A stretch of DNA of 64,000 bases from Chiloscyllium plagiosum (Eukaryota). Numbering within the stretch: the stretch's first letter is position 1; every line of letters begins with the position of its first letter. The notes below the pieces were generated by a model. That model ran no database searches and had not been told where the DNA came from. It saw only the letters and a list, made by a program, of their open reading frames with translations. The DNA lies in NCBI RefSeq assembly GCF_004010195.1, contig NC_057718.1, forward strand, positions 98,146,876 to 98,210,875. Direction: 5' to 3'. Made by a program: the position numbers and the translations under genes. Shown here in pieces: positions 26,369 to 39,616 of this stretch.

Positions 26369-26468
26369 GATTTTCCTGCTCCTCGGATGCTGCCTGAACT
26401 GCTGTGCTTTTCCAGCACCACTCTAATCCAGAATCTGGTTTCCAGCATCTGCAGTCATTGTTTTTACC
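26369..26468 (+). mobile_element. Family-2 short element lacking the ribozyme core
   Basis: Starts GATTTTCCTGCTCC, ends TTTTTACC; flanked by TAAG on both sides. Confidence 0.75.
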
Positions 26469-27263
26469 TAAGAAGTCTCACAGACAATCAAATACTAAAA
26501 CAAGGAATTTAACTTCATGTAGCAACCAAAATAAGATCCTGCCCAATAAACAAGTTAAGCCGCACAACTCAACTTAGTTACACCTGATTAGTGGTGAAGT
26601 CTGGCCAGGATTCCAACCACAGTGTCTGTCTCTAAAAGAGTCCAGTGTTCAATCCTCTTGCAGTGCTGTTCTTTGAAGTTCTGCTGCTGACTAGTTCTGG
26701 TGTTGGATTCTTTTACAGATCTTTTTTGTTCTTCAAGTCTACATGTGATATTATTGACAATTCTTTACATTCTTTCATCCAAATTATTGACTGTGCCTCT
26801 GACACCATCAAGGCTGCAGCGTATGTTATCAGAATTCTTGTTCCTTGTTACATTTGGCATTGACTGTCTGTTTGAAGACACAGCTTTCCTGCAGTTAATT
26901 CCTTCAGGTCTTCTACAGGACAATCACTTGTCCTTGTGGTATAAAGCAGCCAGTTATAGAGCAGGTATGAAAATAGTTTTATTCATGTACCTTCTACTCT
27001 TTCTCCCAGAGGTGGCTAATTGCTCTCAGTTCCTGTATAGGTTTGTCCTTGTCCCTAAATAGTTTATTACAGAGTTAGTGCTGCTTCTTTCAATCTAGTA
27101 ACAGTTATTTCATTTCCGAAGTTTACACAATCATAGTGCATTATACATTAGCAAAAAGTTATTAAATATGTTTGTGTGTGACTGCTTTAAAAAGCAAGTG
27201 ACATTGACAGATCTCTTCCCCTATTGCTGATGTTTTAAAAAAATCTCAGTGGCTTAGTGGTAG

Positions 27264-27583
27264 GGACGGCACGGTGGCTCAGTGGTTAGCACTGAGGCCT
27301 CACAGCGGCAGGGACCTGAGTTTGATTCCTGCCTCGGGTGACTGTCTGTGCGGAATTTGCAATTTCCCCATCTTCATGTGGGTTATCTCCCACAGTCCAA
27401 AGATGTGCAGGTTGGGTGAATTGGCCATGCTAAATTGCCCACGGTGTTCAGGGATGTGTAAGTTAGGTGCATTGGTCAGGGGTAAATATAGGGTAAGGGA
27501 ATGGGGCTGGGTGGGATACTCTTCAGAAGGTCGGTGTGGACTTGTTGGGCTGAAGGGCTTGTTCCCACCCTGTAGGGATCCTA
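27264..27583 (+). mobile_element. HE1-type SINE
   Basis: Head, core and tail. Confidence 0.85.
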
Positions 27584-28127
27584 TGAAAATGACCTTTTGC
27601 TTTAGGACTGTGCTATTAAATTATGATGAGGACTTAATCTAGCTTCTGAAGCTGCTGTATTAATGAAATGACAAGGATTGGGTTTGATTTGATTTATTGT
27701 TCTCATATGACCCTAAGTATAGTGAAAAGTTTTGTTTTGCAATCAGTACAGGTAGCTCACAACATATAAGGACATAGGGACCATAGCGTGTTTAGACAGA
27801 GTGAGGCATACAAGGTTACAGCTACATAGGAGATACACAAAACGAAACCCTGTGCCACAGCTTTTCATCTTGCCCTCATTGTATGAATGCCAATTAAAGT
27901 GAAAACAGCGTTTCTCTACTGCGTGAGAGAGTGATAATTAGCTATTGGCCAAACAGCAGTTTCTGTATAAATGTTATTTTCCCTTCACTTTGGTGTTCTT
28001 GCAAATGGTCCTGAAGATTTGAAACCTCAACAAACCTTTTTTCAATTGTGTTCAAGTTCTGTATTACTGAAAGTCAAATGTTATCACACGGGTTCACTGA
28101 AGGTCATTTGTCTTTCTGATCTTTCAG

Positions 28128-28207
28128 CATTGGGTAGAAGGATTAAGAGCCATCATTCACAACTTCAGAGCTAACAATGTCTGCCCCATGACCTGTCTGA
28201 AGAAACA
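28128..28207 (+). CDS. PLCB4: PLCB4 exon ([27 protein letters not shown])
   Basis: ctttcag acceptor, GTTAAG donor, 80 nt, ends in phase 2. Confidence 0.95.
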
Positions 28208-28522
28208 GTTAAGTTACACTCGTCTTATTTGCTTATTTAAATTGCGTTAACAAATAATGAATTTGATTTTGTTGTATTAGTCATTCTCATGGAGAGCTTT
28301 ATTAAGTGATGTGTGCAGCATCAAATCAAGCATTAAATTCATACACACAAAAACTGGACTTTTTAATGAAAACATGCAGGCTCCAAAACAAAACAGAACT
28401 AAGCACAAGGAATTAGTTTGTGACCAAGAACTGGAAATTGTGTTTATTAATGTGAAACCGAGATTCGTATGCAAAGTTTTTCGAAAATGCCTGTGTTAAT
28501 ATAGCAGATCCAAGCAGATACA

Positions 28523-28860
28523 GGGTGGCATGCTGGCTCAGAGGTTAGCACTGCTGCCTCACAGCACCAGGGACCCAGGTTAGATTCTATCCTTGGGTGA
28601 CTGTCTGTATGGAGTTTGCACTATCTCCCCTGTGTGGGTTTCCTCCAAGTGCTCCGGTTTCCTCCCATAGTTCAAAGATGTGCAGGTTAGATGGATTGGC
28701 CATTGGAAATTGCCCATAGTGTCGAGGAATGTGCGTGTTGGGTGGACTGATCATGGGGAATGCAAGGTGATGGAGTGGATCTGTTTGGGCTGCTCTTCGG
28801 AACGTCAGTGTGGACTCAGTGGGCTGAATGGTCTGCTTCCACACTGTTGGGATTCTATGA
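28523..28860 (+). mobile_element. HE1-type SINE
   Basis: Head, core and tail. Confidence 0.85.
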
Positions 28861-29754
28861 AGCCATTATGTAGTTGTGCACTGACATGCAATTTTGTGTT
28901 CTTTATCATTGACAGGTTCTCTGACCATTCTGCTCTTGTCTAACTAAAACTGGTGTAGTTGGAAGTAATATTCTGATCTGAGCTAAAGGGGTAATCTGCT
29001 CAGGAAATTGGAATTTGTACATTTATGCTGTATTTGGAAATCTAATCACCTGAGAAAGACAGGATGAGCAGCTCAGAGTATGTGGCAAAGCCTTTAATGG
29101 TCCTGAGTATTTGGATTGAGTCTGTCACATACCTTGGGCAGGAGGCCTTCAGCACAAATAGAAATGTCTGAGCACTTGAAGATGATCCTCATTACCCACC
29201 TTTTAGTCATGGAGTCATAGAGATGTACAGCACTGAAACAGACCCTTCAGTCCAACTCGTCCGTGCCGACCAGTTATCCTAACCTAATCTAGTCCCATTT
29301 TCCAGCAATTTAGATAAGTAATTCCAGATATCCTACATAATGTTGAGTGTTCAACTTTGCAGTATTTAAGTTCTTCAGACGCTCCCAACCAATAGTTCTC
29401 CTATCCATCTGTGTTGAGATATACCCAGTTGGCAGATATACCCCATCCACTCCACCCTAATTCAGGCAAATCTTAAACCCAACTACAATCTCCAGCTGCA
29501 TCCCCAGCCACATCCAAATGTTTCTAGAGCACTCCCCCTGACTCTTCCTTGGGCATAGCTGTCATGAACACATGAATGGGGAAGGGGGGAGATTTCAGTG
29601 AACAGCACGACTCAAAAGGTGTAATGACCCAAAAGGTGCAGTCAGTTGGATAACTGCAGCAGCTCGACTGGGATTTCAGTCAAAATTCCCGATACTTGTG
29701 AGTCTTATTTGATGTAAGTCTTTTCAGTTCATATCACCTTAATTGTACAAAAAA

Positions 29755-30840
29755 ACAAAGAACAGTACAGCACAGGAACAGACCCTTCAACTCACCAAGC
29801 CTGAGCTGACTCATTGTCTTTCTAAACTAAAAACCTCTTGCCTGTATACCGTCTGTATCCCATATCCTATTCAGGTGTCTGTCATACTACAAATGTTGCC
29901 ATTGTATCTGCTTCTGCCACATCCTCTAACAGCATATTCCAGGCATTTATCACCCTCTCTCAGAAAAACTTGCCTCTCCCATCTCCTTTTAACTTACCCC
30001 CTTTTACCTTAATCCTGAATCCCCTAGTATTTGGCATTTCTACCCTGGGAAAAAGACCCTGACTATCCATTCTATCCGTGCCTCTCATAATTTTGTAAAC
30101 CTCGATTAGGTCACCCCCTCGCTTCCAACATTCTAGTGTAAACAAACCAAGCTTGTCCAATCTCTCGTCAGAGCTAACTCCCTCCAAACCAGGCAACATC
30201 CTGGTAAACTGTTTCTGTCTCCTCTCCAAAGCCTCCACATCCTTCTGCTAGTAGCAACTAGAACTGTATGCAGTATTCCGAATGTGGCCTGAATAAAGGC
30301 CTGTACAGCTGCAACATGACTTACCAATTTTTACACTCTATGCACTGACTGATGAAGGCAGCATGCCGTACATCTTTTTGACCACCTTGTCCACTTGCAT
30401 TGCCACTTTCAGTGAACTGTGGACCTGCACACCCAGGTCCCTCTTTGTTGATGCTATGAAGGGTTTTGCCATTTACTGCAAACTTCCCTCCTGCTTAAGA
30501 CCTTCCAAAGTTTATCACTTCATACTTATCTGGATTAAATTCCGCCTGCCATTTCTCTACCCAAGCCTCCAGCCTATCTATATCCTGCTGTGTCCTCTGA
30601 CAATCCTCCCCACTATCTGCAGCTCCCCCAATCTTTGCGTCATCTGCAACCTTACTAATCAGACACCTACGTTCAGCCCCAAATCATTTGTATATGTTAA
30701 AGACAACAGCACAAATCCCTGCAGGGCACCACTGGTCCCTGATCTCCAGTTAGAAAATCACCCTTCCACCACTCCTGTCTGTCTCCTATGACCAAGCCAG
30801 TTCTGTATCCATCTTACCTCCAATATCAGCCTGCCACAAA
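29755..30840 (-). mobile_element. CR1-type LINE fragment (about 1.1 kb)
   Basis: FTRMLPGLEG…GDLIEVYKIM plus upstream RT remnants. Confidence 0.87.
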
Positions 30841-31195
30841 GGACGCTGCCTGTCCCTAATTATATTGATGTTGAGAGTGTGATGCTGGAAAAGCACAGCA
30901 GGTCAGGGAGCATCCAAGGAGCAGGAGAATCGACATTTCGGGCTTCCTAAGATCCAAATGGTCATTTTAGTTTGATGCCTTGTGATTTTATGTCACTCTT
31001 TTCAGTTATAAATAGCAGTTATGTTAATATTATACTGGGCTGTGCATGGCAATATTATGGTACTTATATTTCCCCTGGAATCCACCTCACTACTGAGCGT
31101 TTTTGGGATTTTGGCTTCAAGTTGAGCATTTCTGAACTTCCTATTCTCTTTTTCAGACTTGATAATTAATCTCAATATTTCTCCCTTCCTTTCAG

Positions 31196-31249
31196 CTGGA
31201 TGAGGTTATCGTTTCTCACAAATATAAATGGAAAAATTCCAGTCAGGAG
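31196..31249 (+). CDS. PLCB4: PLCB4 exon, EF-hand region (WMRLSFLTNINGKIPVR-S)
   Basis: cctttcag acceptor, GTGAGA donor, 54 nt, phase 2/2. Confidence 0.95.
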
Positions 31250-31608
31250 GTGAGAAGTGTTTTCTTTTTTAAACCAGTGCTAATTGTTGTTTGCTGTTGG
31301 GAATGTGTGCTTTATTCACAGCAAAACTGGACAAATGCTGATTCAAGAGTACAGAGGTGACAGAAGTGGTCTTAAGTGATGGAAAAACTGAGTATCTACA
31401 TTAAGTTAGGTGGCTAGGAGCATGCTGCCTTTGACGATGTAGCTTGCTTTCAATAAAGGAATATGCACAGTACTCCTTCTCTGCAAACACTAATTCTGAA
31501 TACAGAGGAACCTCGATTATCCGAATGAGATGGATGGGCACTATTTCGTTCTGATAATTGAATATTCAGTTAATTGGGATTCAATGCCTGTCCTCTGGGG
31601 CTCGGATT

Positions 31609-31642
31609 TTCCTGAAGAAGGGCTCATGCCCGAAACGTCGAT
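31609..31642 (+). ncRNA. Minimal hammerhead motif (family 2)
   Basis: TC-CTGAAGA-A-GGGC TCAT GCCC-GAAACGTC-GA; stem I is short. Confidence 0.65.
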
Positions 31643-31785
31643 TCTCCTGCTCCTTGGATACTGCCTGACCTGCTGCGCTTTTCCAGCAACGCATTTTCGG
31701 CTCGGATTTTCTGTTAAGTCCGCTCCCCGTTTAGGAGATGAGGAAGCAGCACACCACGCATGAGCCCTGCACAACCTCCCATCCG

Positions 31786-31828
31786 NNNNNNNNNNNNNNN
31801 NNNNNNNNNNNNNNNNNNNNNNNNNNNN
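31786..31828. other. Assembly gap (43 N)
   Basis: Run of N. Confidence 0.99.
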
Positions 31829-32517
31829 GACTGGACACCAACAGTAAGACTGCTGCTGCCTTTGGGGGTGAGTCCCAAAATGGCGCACAAACAGCCACAA
31901 ACACAACCTTTTGACAGGTTCCACCTTTGCCCTGTACAGGACAATGTTGGAGAGATTATCTGGGGAAGGGTGTGGTTTAGGGTACACCCTTGTGTAGAAC
32001 TCCAGGGAAAGTGTAGGGAGAGAGAAAGTGGGCGGGAGTTCAGTCATTTGGAGACAGTGCCTGTGCTCCCATCGATGCCCAGGACTGTTCTCAGCAGCAT
32101 TTCAGTAAGCGGGTTTGTTTTTAACCATTGTAAACAAAAGATGAGAATATTGTTGAAACATCTCTGTCGGGACCTTGAGATCTTCTTCAGATAATCCGAA
32201 GTTCGGATAATTGATATTCAGACAATCGAGGTTCCTCTGTATACCTTGAATGTTCGGAGCTCAGGAAGGCATCATAACACATTTGGGTAATGTACTTGAG
32301 CTGTATTTCTGCAGGAGAAAGTGAAGACTTCTGCACACTATTTGTTCCCTAATCATCTATTCTAACTGGAAGAGTCTTTAAAGGCCTCGAAATCTTCCTT
32401 GCTGAGGCTTCGGACAGGAATAGCTTATGTATCGGGAGTGCCTGCAGAAATTTGTCGCACGATATTCCCACCCTGTCTTGCATGTTGGTCAGTAGTGCAG
32501 CTCCATGATAGAACTAA

Positions 32518-32679
<162 letters not shown>

Positions 32680-32979
32680 TGACCAGCTTCTCTTAATCGG
32701 TTCATTCAACCCGTAAGTTAAATTAGGGAAAGGATGTTTGCCCTCAACTTTCCAAGTGTCTTGAATCTGTTGGTTCCCTTCAGAAACTGAAAGCATTTTT
32801 TCGACGAGTCTGAAATGAAACCCCCACCCCGCTGGAGAACAGCTCAACACCTTAATTGATGATTCAATAACGTTATATAGTGTTGCCTCTTTCAGGTGTT
32901 CTGGGTAACCTTACTCCTGGTTCCCGTGGATTTTAAAAAATAGTGGTTCGGAAAATGCTGTGGCATTCTTGTTGCTGCA

Positions 32980-33375
32980 AAAGAACATGTGAAGTAGGCC
33001 ATTTGGCTCCCCCATTTAATAAGACCATAGCTTATTCTGTTCCTGTTTCCAAATTCGACATTTCTATTTACCTTAAAAATATCTGATTTCCATCACTTTC
33101 TGAGGCAGGGTAGAGCAACTCTCTGAGAGAAGAAATTCCCCCTAATTTCTTTCCTAAAAGAGTAACACCCTTGCTTTAAAATAGTGCCCCCTAGTTCTGG
33201 ACTCGCGCAGAAGGTGAACAATCCTTTCCCTTCCAACTTGATGAGACCATCCAGGATCTTATAAGCTTCAATCAAATCAACACTCGTTCTTCTAAACTCC
33301 AGTGAAAACATGCCCAGCCTGTCCAGCTTTTCCTCATAAGATGATCCGCTAGTTCCAGGTTATCAGTTTAGTAAA
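32980..33375 (-). mobile_element. CR1-type LINE 3' end
   Basis: FSLEFRR…DLIEAYKIL. Confidence 0.75.
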
Positions 33376-33877
33376 ACCACCTCCAATACATTTACATTCT
33401 ATTATGGAACAGGCACAAAAAGCAAAATCAGACACAGGGTCTTATAGGAGAGAAGTCAGAGAGCAAGAAAATACCAGTCTGGACCTGCTCCTTTAGGTCC
33501 AGCAGCCTTTTCCATACTACTATGAAAAGACTAAACCAAACCAGAGAAAAGCTGAGCTGGGAGAACTGGATACTCCGCTTCATTGTACAAGTGTTTTTTT
33601 TTAACTTAAAAGCCTTCTGCCTGAGGCAGTATCTGTTAGCTATTATCAACTTGGCCCTAAAACCCTTCAATCCCCAGACTTTTCAGAGTCTGAGTCGTTT
33701 ACAGCCTCTCTAGAAAAAAAAAGCCAAGGACAGCATAACCTTGTTAAAGGAACAGCTTCATCAGAATCCCTCTTTAAATAGGAGATGAAAACTGCACGCA
33801 ATATTTGAGACTTGACCCTCACCAATGTCTTATGCAACTGATGCAAAGATTCCTTGGGTTGACTGTTCTGAGCAGAG

Positions 33878-34140
33878 TTAGCACATTCTCCCCATGTCTG
33901 CGTGGGTTTCGTCCGGGTGCTCCGGTTTCCTCCCACTGTCCAAAGATGTGCAGGTTAGGTGAATTGACCATGCTAAGTTGCCCATAACGTGCAGAGATGT
34001 GCAGGCTAGGTGGACTAGCCGTGGGATATGCAGGGTTACTGGGTTACAGGGTGTAGGTCAGGATGAGATGCTCTTCCAAGGGTTGGTCTGCACTCAATGG
34101 GTTAAATGGGTCTGCTTCCATACTGTGGGGAGTCTGTAAT
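33878..34140 (+). mobile_element. HE1-type SINE, 5'-truncated
   Basis: V-core and tail. Confidence 0.8.
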
Positions 34141-34549
34141 TCTTTTGGTTCCTGCCTGTCTGTGAGATGGGGTTTCTCAGAACAGAGACAAGAGAACCAG
34201 AAGACAGCAGGGAAAGATAGTTGTCCCGATGGTTATGAAATAGGTGTTCTTATCTTTCAATCAGGCAAGACGGACCACAGAATTATGGACAGCATATTGC
34301 TTTCATTATTTAATCTGACCATGCAATTTACCTATTTGAGCTAAGTAAATGTGATTGTATTATTGTTCTGGATGTTCACCTGTACTGTGCAATAAAGGAC
34401 CTAAATGATTCAAAGCAAGTTTTGTGTCACCTTGTATTAATTCTGTCCTTCTTCACGGATCTTGAAGAAATAAATGTCAAAAAGATGTTGATATTTCATT
34501 AGTTCAGAAGCAATTCCATAGTTGAATGCAACATTCAGATATTTTACGT

Positions 34550-36150
34550 AGTGACAGGGAGTGTGCATTTATTTCCTTGAGCCTGTTCCACCTTGTTATT
34601 GGTGATTAGTATGCAATCTAACACCACATCCCTGACTTAGGGCCATGTCACTTGATAGCTTCAGTTAACAAAAGCCTATCAGTTTCAGACTTAAAATTAA
34701 CAATTGACTGAGCATAATTTGCAACTTGCAGAACGAGTGTTACAAACCACTGTGCATGTCAAAGTGTTACCGAACTTCACTCCTGAAAGTCTTGGCTGTA
34801 GGTTTCAGACTCTAGCCAATTCTACAGTCCCCAAATAATGAACAAATGAACAAAGTTTCTGTTCATCCACCCTACCAGTTCCTCTCAACATCTTGAAAAC
34901 TTTGCACAATTCACCCTTTAACCTTCTAAAACTCAGGGAATACAGCTACAGTTTGTGTAATCTCTCGTATTTTAACCCTGTGGACCAGGTATTTCTATTA
35001 AATTCATCCTGCACTCCCTCTAAGGTCAGAATATCCTTTTAAAGGTATGGAGCCCACAACTGCTTGCAGTATTCCAGACTAACCAGGGTTTTGTATGACC
35101 AAGGCATGATTTCTCGTCCCTCTGCAAACTTAATCCTTTAGCTAGAAAGGCTGTATTTCCATTCAACATTTGATTTATTTCTGCACACAGATATACATGA
35201 AGCCTAACCTTCACTATTTCTAGCTTCTCAACGTTTAGAAATGTCCACATTCAAGGTGAACGTCCTGACATTTGCTGACATTAAGCAGTTTGCATAGTTT
35301 AGTCCCATATAAGGTTGTAACATTTAGGCTTCCATCGACCACTTATAGCATTATCTACCTTTTCATCTTTGGGAAACTTGGGTACCTGTCCCATCATATC
35401 ATCTGGATTGCTAAAGAAAAGCTTTGAGTAGTTGACAGCACAACATAGATCCTTAAGGGCCACCATTATCACATTCTGCAATAGAATATCTGCCCACTTT
35501 CCCTTCAAACCATGTCACTTCCAATCCACCAATCTCCTCACCAGGTAAAGAATGTTCCTTCAATCCCATGAACTTCTACCTTAGCTAACTGTCTGATATG
35601 AGATCATACTACCTGTGAATACACTTAAATAACATCTGTAAACATTTCCTTGTCCACTATTCGAATACCTACTCAAAACATTCTGTCCTGTTAGTCAGAT
35701 GTGGCTTACCCACTACAAATCCATACTGCCTCAGGCTGATCACTTGAAAGTTTACGATGTTCAGTCACTCTATGAATTATTTATACTTCTGGTAATTTTC
35801 TGACAGCAGATGTTTGGTTAACTGATCCACAATACTTTGTCTCAGCTTATTTCAAAAGTGGAGTGGCAAAAACAATTTTTGAACATAAAAGAATGGTTAC
35901 TGCATCAAGAGTAATTGGGCTTTCACAATATACTCATCAATTCATTTTAAACCCCAAGGAAGGATGCTATCTGTCTGGAATTTGTCACTATTTAGCACTA
36001 TGATTTTTGTCTTTTTTTTTATTTTGTCCACATGAACTCTTGTGAGTCCCTATTTCTGATTCAATGTTAGCTTCCTCCAGACATGTGACATGCTATGGAC
36101 TTGCTGTACTTTGAATACTGACCCAAAGTAATTATTTAACACTCCTGCCA
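34550..36150 (-). mobile_element. Old, highly decayed CR1-type LINE
   Basis: Scattered RT and 3'-end remnants. Confidence 0.55.
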
Positions 36151-36224
36151 TTTCCTTACATCTTGGGATAATATCGTCCTTCAATCTTCATGAATTCCCC
36201 TCTCTATTCTTGTCTTCATTGCTC

Positions 36225-36543
36225 AGTCCTTTGAGTATAGGAGTTGGAAAGTCATGTTCAGGTTGTACAGGACATTGGTGAGGCCTCTTCTGGAATACTG
36301 TGTCCAGTTCTACTATAGGAGAAAGTGAGGACAGCAGATGCTGGAGATCAGAGCTGAAAATGTGTTGCTGGAAAAGTGCAGCAGGTCAGGCAGCATCCAA
36401 GGAGCAGGAGAATCCATGTTTTGGGCATGAGCCCGAAGAAGGGCTCATCCCCGAAACGTCGATTCTCCTGCTCCTTGGATGCTGCCTGACCTGCTGCGCT
36501 TTTCTAGCAACACATTTTCAGCTCCAGTTCTACTATAGGAAGG

Positions 36544-36578
<35 letters not shown>

Positions 36579-37077
36579 GTTATTATTATTATTATTCTGC
36601 TGGAGAGAGTTCAGAGGAGATTCACCAGGATATTGCCAGGTATGGAAGGTTTGAGTTATAAAGAAAGACTGGATAGGCTGGTCACTATAACGTAAGAGGT
36701 ATGAGAGGTAACCTGATAGAAGTTTTTAAAATAATGAGAAGTGTAGATAGACTTAATGGTAGTTGTCTTTTCCCTTGGGTGGGGGATTTCAAGACTCGGG
36801 GGGCACATTTTTAATGTGAGAGGAGAGAGATTTAAAAACAACATGAGGGGCAACCTTTTTTACACAGAGAGTGATTCATGTGTGGAATGAACTTCCTGAG
36901 GATGTGCTGAGTGTGGATACAATGATAACATTTAAAAGAGATTTAGATAGGTACATGGATAGGAAAGGTTTGAAGGGATGTGGGCCAGGAGCAGGCAGGT
37001 GGGACTAGTTTAGTTTGGGATTATGTTTGGCATGGACTTGTTGGACCAAAGGGTCTGTTTCCGTGCCATATAACTCT
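36225..37077 (+). mobile_element. CR1/HER1-type LINE 3' end with nested element and (ATT)n
   Basis: LERVQRRFTRILPGMEGLSYKERLDRL; (ATT)n microsatellite at about 36546-36596. Confidence 0.88.
36321..36522. mobile_element. Family-2 inverted element inserted in a CR1; 18-bp TSD TCCAGTTCTACTATAGGA
   Basis: TSD at 36303-36320 and 36523-36540; inverted arms around a damaged hammerhead core (CCGAAGA). Confidence 0.85.
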
Positions 37078-37644
37078 TTGAATTTATAACCTTTCTTTCC
37101 TATCAAAATTGCAAAGATGTTTTGTGTTCATTTTGACCATTTTTTTTTTAATATTCTGTGTTGTGGTCTTGCCAGAATGGGTACCAGGGTTCCAAAGATG
37201 GGGGAGAAATCATTTTTGGTTCTTCAGTCGATGAAGAATTGACCATTTTAGAAGATCACTTCAAACCTCGAGCTCAGAAAGGAAGTCATGTGATTGCTAG
37301 TAAACGGCCAGCAAGCCACCAGTGGAGATAACATCTCCGGTATTTGCTGATATCCATTTTACTGCAGAGGGCGAGAAGGCTCCATGGGCTGTTGGTGTGT
37401 CAAAGGGAAAGAATTCCACAAGGCTATTGAAGATCTCGGTTTAGGCAATAGTCAAGTAATAGTTAACTGTTTTCAGGTAGAGACATGAAAATAGCATCTG
37501 ATGAATTTGCCAAAAGGAAACTGATTACAGCTGTGCCAGCTGAATAAGAACCTTTAGCGTGCAGATAGAAACGTGGGAGTAGGCCAGTCAGTCTCTTTAA
37601 TGGCTCAAGAGATTTGTGTGTCAGGGCAGAACCCTGCAACAATT

Positions 37645-38000
37645 TTTAAAATTCATTCTTGAGAGGCAGGAATCGCTGACTGGACCCACATTTATTGTCC
37701 ATCCCAAATTGCCCAGAGGGCTGTTGAGACTCAGCCACATTGCTGTGGGTCTGGAGTCACAAGTAGGCCAGACCAGGTAAGGACAACAGATTTCCTTCCC
37801 TAAAGGGCATTGGTGAAACAGATGGGTTTTTTCTGACAATCAACAATGAATTCATGGTCATCTAGACTCTACATTCTAGATCTTTATTGAATTCAAATTC
37901 CACCATCTGCTGCAGTGGGATTTGAACCTGGCTCTTCAGTTCATTACCTGGGTCTCTGGATTAATAGTGTAGAATAATACCACTAGGCCATCACCTCCCC
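37645..38000 (-). mobile_element. Second tRNA-derived SINE family (probably DeuSINE/SacSINE1-like core)
   Basis: Core CCTTACCTGGTCTGGCCTAC…GTGACTCCAGACCCACAGCAATGTGG; homologous to 59965-60300. Family name is from recall. Confidence 0.6.
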
Positions 38001-38824
38001 TAAATGATTTACTTTGTTGAGTCAGGCTCTCAAGCCTTGTTATTTTTCTTTGCCACATGTTCACTCCACTTGCTCTCAGAGGTTGCAAGAAGGAACCCTC
38101 CCTGTGTCCATCCCAGTTCCTCAAGCTGCATAAATGAGACACCCTACAAACTCAAAGTATAACTGGATATTAGGTGTCCCAACCTTCCCTGTTTGGTGAT
38201 TGGAGATTAAATGCTTTTTCATTTTGATACTGATAGAATGCATGGCGAATTTCTATCGTCTTTTTTGGATTAGTCTCATTAAGATTTACTTTAAACTCCA
38301 GTTCTCCAGCTGCATAGGGATTGTTGTGAGTTCCCATGGTTATAGCTGGTGAGAGCGAGTGCACATCTGTCCGATTTATTTTTAAGACTGCTGTTAGCTC
38401 GCAAAAATGTTATTTCAGTCAGCTTATGATAGAGCTATTATAAACTTTTTACTCTGCATGCACAGGCTAACAATCACATATCACACACTGGGGCCTGATG
38501 GAGAACCTGTTCCAATCTGAATTGAAAGTAGAAAATGCCAAGAGTGTGTTGTGAATCATAAATCATTCGCGCCTCGTGAAACAGATAAATGGTTTCTCAT
38601 TTTGGGTGGGAGCAGTCAGCGGTGATCAAATGTTATTCCAAGCCCCAAATTCATTATACAAAGTAAGCCTTTATCCCCTCCTTAACTATATGACAAATTT
38701 AGTTCATTTTAAACAGGGCGTGACGCAGCATTCCTGATATTACTGATAAATTGGCAGTGTGTTACTGATATTGAAATGTGTTTGTGACAGATCTTTTATA
38801 ATGGCGTGCTCTCGTCTCTTGCAG

Positions 38825-38925
38825 AATGATGAAATTGAGCCAACGATTTTCACCTTCGATAAATTTTATGCGCTAACGCAAAAAATTTGCCCTCGCACTG
38901 ACATTGAGGAGCTGTTCAAGAAACT
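38825..38925 (+). CDS. PLCB4: PLCB4 exon ([34 protein letters not shown])
   Basis: tcttgcag acceptor, GTAAGT donor, 101 nt. Confidence 0.96.
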
Positions 38926-39616
38926 GTAAGTTGAGAGTCATTTGGAATTGGTCGCATGACTATTTATGAACCAGAGTTGAAGACAGGTCACTCATACAAA
39001 AGAATTAGAGCAGACCCATATGGAAAGTATCACGCTTAATAACAGATTACTTGCTACTATTTATCTGGACCATGCTTCATCTGAAACCTCTTAACTAAAT
39101 GGTGCGTTACACTGTTAATCCATTTACTGTCATCATTGTGACCATGCCAGTTATATTAAAACAGTAGCTTAATTAAATCCTTTGCAGAAATAATTAGGAT
39201 GTTCTTTGTAACTAGTATAGCACAGAGAGCTCCTGGAATCATTTTGCATCTGCTGGACTTGCAGCATTTGAAATCTAACCTGCTCAATTCAATAAAACAT
39301 TAACTTGATTAGTAAACATTTGAAAAGTCTTGGGGAATGTTTTGGCTTTGGGGTGAATCTGATCAAGCTGAATAAAAGTGATAATTGTCAGTATACTGCA
39401 ATTGGATGTGAAGCTGTGCACAGTCTGAAATGTGAGAAAAGGGAATCACTAGATGTTAAACAAATGCATTTCAACTGTTTATTCAGAGTGGGCCATCATC
39501 TTATGTATGAAGGGCCAAACCAGCATAGCCTGCACACACACCTCAAAAAACTGTCATCGCTCAATTCCATCTTCACTAAACTTCCAGGATCAATCATTCC
39601 TTCTCATTTGACCTTA

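Larger units (their letters stand above)
31503..32239. mobile_element. Tc1/mariner (Tigger/pogo-like) non-autonomous DNA transposon
   Basis: TIRs CAGAGGAACCTCGATTATCCGAA / TTCAGACAATCGAGGTTCCTCTG, TA target duplication; hosts a family-2 insertion and an assembly gap. Confidence 0.85.

Noticed and set aside
36546..36596. Poly-Ile transmembrane-like ORF segment
   Set aside because: (ATT)n microsatellite expanded inside a LINE remnant.
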